NCBI GenBank assembly: GCA_963618105.1 | Contig: CAVERB010000101.1 | Location: 884 to 64,883 of the forward strand | DNA length: 64,000 nucleotides | DNA from: Oxalobacter sp. | GTDB taxonomy: Bacteria; Pseudomonadota; Gammaproteobacteria; Burkholderiales; Burkholderiaceae_D | Reading direction: 5' to 3' | Part shown: one piece after another, positions 1-7,090 of the stretch | Layout: the number at the start of each line of letters is the position of its first letter | Numbering within the stretch: position 1 is the first letter of the stretch | Position numbers and translations under genes: made by a program | The notes under the pieces: generated by a model | What the model was told of the DNA's origin: nothing | The model's input: only the letters and a program-made list of their open reading frames with translations | Database searches by the model: none

Positions 1-622
1 ATGCCAGTGCCTCCTCAATTCTTTCTCCAGGTTTTTCTTTTGCCAGGAAATCGGTCTCTTCTTCAGGGAAGTCCATGGTGGCTTCAATGAGCATCCGCAG
101 GTTGGCGATTTCGGCGGCAACTGACTGGATTTGTTTGGAGAATTCTCCGCTCATGGAGCGGGTTGCTGAACGGACCGCTTCTTCCGTGGTGGCATCAATC
201 AGGTCGGCGATGGCTTCGGCTTGTGTCAGATCAATACGACCATTGAGAAACGCTCGTCGCGTGAATTCGCCTGGTTCTGCAAGCCGCATGCCGATGCTGG
301 CGCCTGCTTCAAGACAGCGTTTAAGCAACATTTGCATGACGATGGTGCCGCCATGCCCCTGCAGTTCCAGGGTGTCTTCGCCGCTGTAGGAATGGGGGGC
401 TTTGAAGAATAGGGCAATGCCTTCATCAATTTTATTGCCATCAGCATCGTTAAAAGGGGCAAAGTAGGCAAACCGGGGTTTCATCGGCAGGGACAAACCG
501 GTGTTTTTGAAGAAAGTCTTGATGAAATCATCCAGGTTCTTGCCTGAGATGCGGACGATGCCGACGCCTCCCCGTCCAGATGCAGTTGCAATGGCGGCAA
601 TCGGTGCGGTGTCCAGTTTCAT
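1..622 (-). CDS. mnmE: tRNA modification GTPase MnmE (TrmE), N-terminal part; the C-terminus lies left of the window
   Basis: Own translation of the minus strand from the ATG at 622-620 gives [30 protein letters not shown]...[25 protein letters not shown]...[32 protein letters not shown], the conserved MnmE N-terminal domain. The frame stays open to position 1. It is absent from the ORF track because it runs off the edge. Confidence 0.85.
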   Translation of the reverse strand, partial: MKLDTAPIAAIATASGRGGVGIVRISGKNLDDFIKTFFKNTGLSLPMKPRFAYFAPFNDADGNKIDEGIALFFKAPHSYSGEDTLELQGHGGTIVMQMLLKRCLEAGASIGMRLAEPGEFTRRAFLNGRIDLTQAEAIADLIDATTEEAVRSATRSMSGEFSKQIQSVAAEIANLRMLIEATMDFPEEETDFLAKEKPGERIEEALA

Positions 623-918
623 GATGGGAATCCTTCCTTTCTTACAGACAGATGGCTGGTGCAGTGGCACGATGATACTGTCATTATCCACACCCTCAGG
701 AAAAAAGCAAAAAGTTTCATCATGGATAATGGTAAAACAGGTTTTCGATGGCGGTTTGCAACAATGTTTTATTGGAAGTGAAATTTGGGAAAAGGTTGTT
801 CATCAAATGGCGGTTCAGTATAGAATGATTATTTATGGCAGGGAGGGATGATGGCACCGTGTCCCTTGTCCCTGTATGGATTGAACAGACAGATTCCGTT
901 TCTGATTGGAGTGTTGAG

Positions 919-2142
919 ATGGCAGCAGTTGAAGGAGGCGTCACCCGCCAGACATTTGATGAGGTCATGGTACCGGTTTTTGCTCCGGCTTCGTTTATTC
1001 CTGTCAAAGGGAAAGGACTTGAAGTTTGGGATCAGGCAGGCAAGCGTTACCTGGATCTGAGTGCAGGAATTGCGGTGCTTGCATTGGGACATACGCCTGA
1101 TGCTGTTGTCGAGGCGTTGACGGAGCAGGCAAAGAAGCTCTGGCATATCAGCAATTATTTCACGAATGAGCCGGTACTGGAACTGGCGCGCAAGCTGGTT
1201 AATGCCACATTTGCTGACAAGGTGTTTTTCTGTAATTCCGGCGGGGAGGCCAATGAAGCGGCTTTCAAGCTTGCCCGTAAATGGGCGCAGGACAATTATG
1301 GTATCAACAAGAACCGGATTGTCTCTTGCTTCCATGCTTTTCATGGCAGAACATTGTTCACGGTGTCTGTTGGCGGACAGGAAAAATATACAGCGGGCTT
1401 TGAGCCTCTGCCGCAGAAAATTGACCATATTGATTTCAATGATATTGAAGCAGCCAAAGCCGCGATCGGTGATGATGTCTGTGCCGTTGTTGTTGAGCCT
1501 GTCCAAGGGGAAGGCGGTATTCTGCCGGCGGATCCTGTCTACCTGAAAACGTTGCGCCAGTTGTGTGACAAGCATCATGCGCTGTTGATTTTCGATGAAG
1601 TCCAGTGCGGTCTTGGGCGTATCGGGAAGTTGTTTGCTTATATGGAGTATGGGGTTGTTCCCGACATCATGACTTCTGCAAAGGCATTGGGCAATGGTTT
1701 CCCGATTGCGGCGATGCTGACGACTGACAAGGTTGCAAAATCTTTCACGCTAGGCTCCCATGGTTCCACTTATGGCGGCAATCCGTTGGGTGCTGCGGTT
1801 GCCAACAAGGTCTTTGACATTCTCAGTGAACCGGCTTTCCTAGCCAATGTGGTTGAGCAGGGTAAGAAACTGCGGGCAAGCCTTGAACGTGTCGCTGCTG
1901 ATTACCCGGATATCTTCAGCGGTGTCCGGGGCAAAGGGCTGATGCTGGGGTTGGTCATGTCTGACAAATATCATGGCAGGGCAGCGGAAATCACGGCTGA
2001 AGCCCAGAATCAGGGCTTGCTTATCCTGCTGGCAGGCTATGATGTTATTCGTTACGTTCCTGCATTGGTTATTGAAGACAGCCATATTGAGGAAGGCGAG
2101 AAACTGCTTCGGCAGGCGGTTGAAGTTTGGCTGAAGAAATAA
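919..2142 (+). CDS. argD: acetylornithine/succinylornithine aminotransferase (class III PLP aminotransferase)
   Basis: ORF 835-2142 carries GKRYLDLSAGIAVLALGHTP, FHGRTLFTVSVGGQ and LLIFDEVQCGLGRIGKLFAY...TSAKALGNGFPI (PLP-lysine region). I moved the start to ATG 919, which has GGAG about 8 nt upstream. Confidence 0.85.
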   Translation: MAAVEGGVTRQTFDEVMVPVFAPASFIPVKGKGLEVWDQAGKRYLDLSAGIAVLALGHTPDAVVEALTEQAKKLWHISNYFTNEPVLELARKLVNATFADKVFFCNSGGEANEAAFKLARKWAQDNYGINKNRIVSCFHAFHGRTLFTVSVGGQEKYTAGFEPLPQKIDHIDFNDIEAAKAAIGDDVCAVVVEPVQGEGGILPADPVYLKTLRQLCDKHHALLIFDEVQCGLGRIGKLFAYMEYGVVPDIMTSAKALGNGFPIAAMLTTDKVAKSFTLGSHGSTYGGNPLGAAVANKVFDILSEPAFLANVVEQGKKLRASLERVAADYPDIFSGVRGKGLMLGLVMSDKYHGRAAEITAEAQNQGLLILLAGYDVIRYVPALVIEDSHIEEGEKLLRQAVEVWLKK

Positions 2143-2244
2143 GCCTGCTTTCCTTGGATTGCCGTCCCCATAAAACATGGTACGCTATGGGTATATTTCT
2201 ATGGGATGCCTTAAGTGCATCATATCCATTGTAGAAAGCCGATT

Positions 2245-3168
2245 ATGACGACAGCCGTTTATTTCCATCCTTACAATGAATTGCATGAAATGGGGGAAAG
2301 GCATCCTGAAAGCTCTGCCCGTATGCGGACAATGTTCAAGGCTTTCAGGGAGTCAGGGTTGGATGAGGTGCTGCAATATCGTATTTCCCCTGAGGCGACA
2401 GAGAAAGACGTCCGTCGGGTTCATATCCAGGACATGATCAATCTGGTGAAGGATGTTCCGGATCCTGGTTTCTACAATTATGTGGATGAGACACCGCTCA
2501 ATCATTTCAGCTGGAAAGCGGCTTTGCGAACGGTTGGCGCAGCCATTGCAGCGACCGATGCGGTGATTGATGGTGAGTTGGACAATGCTTTCTGTGTAAA
2601 CCGTCCTATCGGTCATCATTCGATGATGGGAACAGCGATGGGGTTCTGTGTCTTCAACAGTGTGGCGGCGGCGGCGATGTATGCTGTGAAAGAACGGAAG
2701 CTGAAAAAAGTCGCGATTGTTGATCTGGATGTGCACCATGGCAATGGCACGGAAGATATTTTCGCCTATGAGCCCAGCGTTGCGATGGCCAGCTATTACC
2801 AGGAATATATTTATCCGTTCATGGGGAATGAATATCCACGGAAACATATGCTGAATATTCCAGTGCCTGCCGGTACAGATGGCGCGGCAGTCCGGAAGAT
2901 TGTGCTGGAACAATGGTTGCCTTTCCTGGAGGAACAGGCACCGGAACTGATTTACATTTCATCAGGATTCGATGCCCACCGTGATGATCCGATTGGCGGG
3001 ATGGGGCTTGTGGCAGCGGATTATGCCTGGATAACCCGTCAGCTGATGGATTTTGCTGACAAACATTGTCAGGGCAGGGTTGTCAGTATTTCCGAAGGAG
3101 GCTATAACCTGGAAGCGCTGTATGACAGTGTGATTGCCCATGTGAAGACGCTTGCAGGGATGGCATAA
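2245..3168 (+). CDS. histone deacetylase-family amidohydrolase (HDAC/acetoin utilisation/acetylpolyamine amidohydrolase-like)
   Basis: ORF 2215-3168 carries RPIGHHSMMGTAMGFCVFNSVA, VDLDVHHGNGTEDIF, ISSGFDAHRDDPIG and SEGGYNL, all typical HDAC-fold metal and catalytic motifs. The start is set at ATG 2245 rather than GTG 2215. Confidence 0.8.
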   Translation: MTTAVYFHPYNELHEMGERHPESSARMRTMFKAFRESGLDEVLQYRISPEATEKDVRRVHIQDMINLVKDVPDPGFYNYVDETPLNHFSWKAALRTVGAAIAATDAVIDGELDNAFCVNRPIGHHSMMGTAMGFCVFNSVAAAAMYAVKERKLKKVAIVDLDVHHGNGTEDIFAYEPSVAMASYYQEYIYPFMGNEYPRKHMLNIPVPAGTDGAAVRKIVLEQWLPFLEEQAPELIYISSGFDAHRDDPIGGMGLVAADYAWITRQLMDFADKHCQGRVVSISEGGYNLEALYDSVIAHVKTLAGMA

Positions 3169-3177
3169 GGGACGGTC

Positions 3178-4125
3178 ATGGCGACAATACAGTGGTTTCC
3201 GGGACATATGAATGCCGCCCGCAAGAAAGCGGCGGAAACAATGGCGGTGACCGATCTGGTTATTGAGGTGCTGGATGCGCGTTTGCCGGCGGCCAGCAGC
3301 AATCCGATGGTGTCGGAAATCCGCTTACAACGTCAGCGGCCATGTTTGAAAATTCTCAATAAGAGCGATCTTGCCGATCCGGAAGTTACCCAGTCATGGC
3401 TCAGGTATTTCAACAGCCAGCCAGGAGTGACGGCTGTTGCTTTGTCATGCAAGCATCCAGCGGAAGTTGTCCGTATCCCTGCACTTTGCCGTGAGCAGGT
3501 GCCTCACCGTGCCGGTCCTGGCAAACCTGTCAGGATATTGTTGATGGGTATTCCAAATGTCGGCAAGTCCACGTTGATGAACGGTCTGCTGAAAAAACGG
3601 GTCGCCGCTGTCGGTGATGAACCTGCGGTGACAAAACAGCAGCAGCGTCTGTATCTGGACAAGACGATGATCCTGACGGATATGCCTGGGTTGATGTGGC
3701 CGAAAATCGCTTATGACAGCGATGGGTTCATGCTGGCAGCCAGTCATGCCATTGGGGTGAATGCCATCATTGAGGAAGACGTTGCCGCTTTCTTGGGAGA
3801 TCTGCTGATTCAGCGTTATCCAGAACGTTTGGAAACTCGTTACAAGATTTCTGTGGAAGGGATGGATGGCATCGCCCTGATTGAAGCGATTGCCAAGCGC
3901 AGGGGGTTCAAGGTCCGTGGCGGCGAGCCTGATATCGAGAAGGGCGCACATACGTTCATTCAGGATTATCGGAGCGGTGCCTTGGGCAGAATCAGTCTTG
4001 AGACCCCTGAAACCCGGAAAGCCATGCTGGAAGCGGTCAAGGCGGAAGCGGAAACGGATACCAAGGCAGGGCAGGGCGTGTCAGGACAGGAAGCAGACGG
4101 AGCTGTTTTATCATGTCTGCCATGA
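3178..4125 (+). CDS. rbgA: ribosome biogenesis GTPase A (YlqF/RbgA), circularly permuted GTPase
   Basis: MATIQWFPGHMNAARKK...DLVIEVLDARLP...ILNKSDLA...ILLMGIPNVGKSTLMN...LTDMPG shows the permuted G4-G1-G3 order of YlqF. AAGGGA lies 6 nt before the ATG, and the gap to the upstream gene is 9 nt. Confidence 0.85.
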   Translation: MATIQWFPGHMNAARKKAAETMAVTDLVIEVLDARLPAASSNPMVSEIRLQRQRPCLKILNKSDLADPEVTQSWLRYFNSQPGVTAVALSCKHPAEVVRIPALCREQVPHRAGPGKPVRILLMGIPNVGKSTLMNGLLKKRVAAVGDEPAVTKQQQRLYLDKTMILTDMPGLMWPKIAYDSDGFMLAASHAIGVNAIIEEDVAAFLGDLLIQRYPERLETRYKISVEGMDGIALIEAIAKRRGFKVRGGEPDIEKGAHTFIQDYRSGALGRISLETPETRKAMLEAVKAEAETDTKAGQGVSGQEADGAVLSCLP

Positions 4126-4853
4126 AAGTGATTGCCCCAGGAACGGTTGTCTTCCATCGCTATCGAGGATATGGCGTGTTGACGTCTGTCAACTTGCTGA
4201 CAGGCTGGGTAACGGCCCGTTTCGGGGATGAGAAACAGGGGATTGATCTGAACCTTTCTGCTGATGCCGTGCAGTATGCGGATGGCGAACCCATCCTTTT
4301 CCGCAAACAGGCCCCTGACAGGACGCCCCATGCCAGGCTGATGGCAATGATGCTCCAGCTGCATAGTGCCGGTTATCAACGGCTTTACCTGTATTCCTGG
4401 CCCCGGGAATCGGGCTTGCATTGGAACTGGCATTTGTTTACCGGCAACCGGACATGGCATCAACGCGGCTGGCGGAAGGGTTGGTATGGTTCTGGCCATG
4501 ACTACATTTTCAATCCGGTGTTGGGTTGGGGGGATGCGCCAGGCGCAGATACAGAAGCCCTCATCAGGGCATTATCCCGCTTCGATCCAGAAGGGCTTGC
4601 TTCGGCATATGGCGAGGATGAGGAACATACGTTATGGTTCAGGCGGATATGCAAACATCTGCTACCAGGCTATATGTACAGTCTTGAGAAACGCCGTAAT
4701 CCTGATGGGTCCTTTTCCAAGGTTTTGCCGGTGTATCCTGTCAATGGAACAGTTCTTGCATATGCAGGACCTTCTCTCCCGTGTCCGCCAGGGTGGCACA
4801 AGCAGTACTATACGGAACCCGTGACCCGTAACTATTTCAGTATCCTGACATGA
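4122..4853 (+). CDS. hypothetical protein, Trp-rich, no family recognised
   Basis: This is the only long ORF filling the rbgA to asparaginase-like gap. ATGA start/stop overlaps occur at both ends (4122-4125 and 4850-4853). An alternative ATG lies at 4113. About 10 Trp are present, in a WNWHLFTGNRTWHQRGWRKGWYGSG patch. Confidence 0.6.
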   Translation: MKVIAPGTVVFHRYRGYGVLTSVNLLTGWVTARFGDEKQGIDLNLSADAVQYADGEPILFRKQAPDRTPHARLMAMMLQLHSAGYQRLYLYSWPRESGLHWNWHLFTGNRTWHQRGWRKGWYGSGHDYIFNPVLGWGDAPGADTEALIRALSRFDPEGLASAYGEDEEHTLWFRRICKHLLPGYMYSLEKRRNPDGSFSKVLPVYPVNGTVLAYAGPSLPCPPGWHKQYYTEPVTRNYFSILT

Positions 4854-5350
4854 TGATTTCTTCAGACACAATCCATTTCATTGCCACAGGCGGTACGTTC
4901 GAAAAGCATTACAATGCACTCAATGGCGAGTTGGTTTTCACCCAAACACACTTGCCAGCGATGCTGGCGCGGGCAAGGGTGACGGTGCCTTATTCCTGTG
5001 AAACGGTCTGTCTGCTGGATTCGCTGGAGATGCAGGAAGCACATCGGCTGAAGGTTCTGGATGCCTGCCAGAATTCAGGGGCGAAGCGGATTGTCATTGT
5101 TCATGGAACAGATACGATGCCGGAAACTGCAGCGGTGCTGGGCAATGCCGGTCTGGGCAAGACGGTGGTGTTGACAGGTGCGATGGTGCCCTATGAGTTT
5201 AAGGGTTCCGATGCGTTTTTCAATTTCGGTGCGGCGGTGAGTGCCGTGCAGTTGCTGCCGGAAGGCGTTTATATTGTGATGAATGGACGGGTTTTTGATT
5301 GGAATCATGTGAGAAAAAACCGTCAGATTGGCAAGTTTGAGGCTGTCTGA
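4850..5350 (+). CDS. short asparaginase-domain protein (N-terminal L-asparaginase/GatD-like domain only)
   Basis: FIATGGTFEK (the TGGT nucleophile motif) and IVIVHGTDTMPETA (the HGTDTM motif) are both present. At 166 aa it lacks the C-terminal asparaginase domain. Confidence 0.7.
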   Translation: MMISSDTIHFIATGGTFEKHYNALNGELVFTQTHLPAMLARARVTVPYSCETVCLLDSLEMQEAHRLKVLDACQNSGAKRIVIVHGTDTMPETAAVLGNAGLGKTVVLTGAMVPYEFKGSDAFFNFGAAVSAVQLLPEGVYIVMNGRVFDWNHVRKNRQIGKFEAV

Positions 5351-5396
5351 TGCCAGTCTGACAGCATGGTAAGGCAAACTTCAGGGATATCTTTTT

Positions 5397-6755
5397 ATGA
5401 ATATCGTTATTCTTGCGGCAGGTATGGGTAAACGGATGTTTTCTTCCGTACCGAAAGTGCTTCATCCATTGGCAGGCAGGCCGATGCTTGCCCATGTGCT
5501 CGACAGTGCCAGGGCATTGAATCCCACCAAGCTGATTGTGGTCTATGGGCATGGCGGAGAGCTTGTCAGGGAACAGATGGCTGCGGAAGGGTTGGTTTTT
5601 GTCAAGCAGGAAAAACAGTTGGGCACCGGTCACGCGGTGCTTCAGGCGGTACCGGAGCTGGATGATGATGTGCCGACATTGGTGCTCTATGGTGATTGTC
5701 CTTTGGTCAGCCAGGCATCCCTGAAACGGTTGGTCGAGACAGCTGGCAGCACTCAGCTGGGTGTCTTGACGGTGGTGCTTGATAATCCAACCGGATATGG
5801 CCGCATTATCCGTGAAGCTGGCAGGGTTGTCCGGATTGTGGAACAGAAAGACGGTAATGCGGCAGAGCTCGCGGTCAAGGAGGTGAATACAGGGATTATT
5901 TGTGCACCGACCGTGCCGCTGAAACGTTGGCTGGCATCCCTGACTAACCACAATGCACAAGGGGAATACTATCTGACCGACATCATTGGCAAATCATTGG
6001 CAGATGGTATTACGGTGGTATCTACGCATCCAGACAATGTCTGGGAAGCGATGGGTGTCAACAGTAAATCCCAGTTGGCTGAATTGGAGCGTATCTATCA
6101 ACGGCACACGGCGGACAGGCTGCTAGCGGCAGGTGTGACGCTGGCTGATCCGGATCGTATTGATGTTCGGGGGACACTGACTTGCGGACGGGATGTTTTC
6201 ATTGATGTGAACTGTGTCTTTGAAGGGCATGTTGAACTGGGGGATGGGGTGACGGTTTCTCCGAACTGTATCATCCGTAATACCAAAGTGGGTGCAGGTG
6301 CAGAGATTCGTGGTTTCTGCCATCTGGAAGGTGCCAGTGTCGGGGCAGGTTCCCTTATCGGTCCTTATGCCCGGCTGCGTCCAGGGGCGGAATTGGGCGA
6401 GGAAGTTCATATCGGCAATTTTGTGGAAGTGAAGAACAGCCGTATTGCCGCTCAAAGCAAAGCCAATCATCTGGCTTATGTTGGAGATTCTTCAGTGGGA
6501 GCCCGCGTCAATATCGGTGCAGGGGCCATCACCTGCAATTATGATGGTGCCAATAAGCACCGGACGGTGATTGAGGATGATGTTTTCATCGGTACCAATT
6601 GTGAGCTGGTGGCGCCTGTCAAGGTTGGGGCAGGGGCGACTGTCGGTGCCGGGACGACGCTGACCCGAGATGCCCCAGCCGGAGCGCTCGTGGTAAGCCG
6701 GGTAAAACAGACTGCTATTACTGGCTGGAAACGTCCAACCAAGGACAAGAAATAG
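5397..6755 (+). CDS. glmU: bifunctional UDP-N-acetylglucosamine pyrophosphorylase / glucosamine-1-phosphate N-acetyltransferase
   Basis: [14 protein letters not shown]...[14 protein letters not shown] at the N-terminus, YYLTDII, and C-terminal left-handed beta-helix hexapeptide repeats ending [19 protein letters not shown]. Length is 452 aa. Confidence 0.95.
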   Translation: MNIVILAAGMGKRMFSSVPKVLHPLAGRPMLAHVLDSARALNPTKLIVVYGHGGELVREQMAAEGLVFVKQEKQLGTGHAVLQAVPELDDDVPTLVLYGDCPLVSQASLKRLVETAGSTQLGVLTVVLDNPTGYGRIIREAGRVVRIVEQKDGNAAELAVKEVNTGIICAPTVPLKRWLASLTNHNAQGEYYLTDIIGKSLADGITVVSTHPDNVWEAMGVNSKSQLAELERIYQRHTADRLLAAGVTLADPDRIDVRGTLTCGRDVFIDVNCVFEGHVELGDGVTVSPNCIIRNTKVGAGAEIRGFCHLEGASVGAGSLIGPYARLRPGAELGEEVHIGNFVEVKNSRIAAQSKANHLAYVGDSSVGARVNIGAGAITCNYDGANKHRTVIEDDVFIGTNCELVAPVKVGAGATVGAGTTLTRDAPAGALVVSRVKQTAITGWKRPTKDKK

Positions 6756-6770
6756 CCGTCAGGCAGTTGC

Positions 6771-6799
6771 TTGATTGGCACCGTCTTTTCACATACAAT
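6771..6799 (+). promoter_or_regulatory. sigma70-type promoter candidate for the ATPase leader
   Basis: TTGATT (6771-6776), a 17-nt spacer, then TACAAT (6794-6799), located 16 nt after the glmU stop. Confidence 0.45.
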
Positions 6800-6814
6800 C
6801 CATTCATCCGTTTT

Positions 6815-6930
6815 CCGCAGGGGAGTAGTTGGCAGCCCGTCAGGGCTGTACAGATGTCAACAGTCTCTGGAATATTCTGTTCCGTGGCATCTGTGTGGGG
6901 CCTTACCCGGTTTCTCGGCAAGACTTGCGG
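6815..6930 (+). promoter_or_regulatory. candidate yybP-ykoY (Mn2+) riboswitch aptamer
   Basis: The P1 5' strand CCGCAGG (6815-6821) runs into GGAGTAG, giving GGGGAGTAG at 6820-6828. Internal hairpins are CAGCCC/GGGCTG (6833-6848) and ACAGATG/CATCTGT (6850-6894). GCAAGA (6918-6923) runs into CTTGCGG (6924-6930), which pairs with the 5' strand. As I recall it, the L. lactis aptamer has the same layout (GGAAAGG-GGAGUAG...GCAAGA-CCUUUCC). The downstream gene is a P-type ATPase. Confidence 0.55.
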
Positions 6931-7090
6931 CATCGCCATTGCGTCTTTATCAGGGAAGGGCTGACAGGCAGTGGCATGTCGTTTGATTGTCTGTCGGGAC
7001 GCTCTTCCACAGTATTTTCATGAAATTCTTTTGTTCCCAATTTCCTCAAGACAGGGAAATGGTCTTCAGTCTGTCTGAAGGAAACGGTTT

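Noticed and set aside
661-680. A sigma54-like TGGCAC at 665-670. Others occur at 31896 and 12852.
   Set aside because: None has the TTGC element at the correct GG-N10-GC spacing. Two of them lie inside a terminator stem or a coding region.
684-692. A perfect DnaA box (TTATCCACA) in the mnmE-argD divergent spacer. mnmE is often near oriC-linked genes.
   Set aside because: It is a single box with only a 7/9 relative nearby. About 0.5 perfect boxes are expected by chance in a window of this size on both strands. I saw no AT-rich DUE or box cluster, so there is no evidence for an origin here.
860-885. ARG-box-like sequences near argD (AGAATGATTATTTA) and argG (TGCATACAATTCA at about 60228-60240).
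   Set aside because: The matches to TGAAT-WWWW-ATTCA are partial (11/14) or have the wrong spacing (13 nt instead of 14). They are not paired as tandem boxes and cannot be told apart from AT-rich promoter sequence.
6756-7090. The expectation of glmS (and a glmS ribozyme) directly after glmU.
   Set aside because: No glmS ORF follows. The spacer instead carries the GGGGAGUAG / GCAAGA-P1 signature of the Mn2+ riboswitch family and precedes a P-type ATPase.
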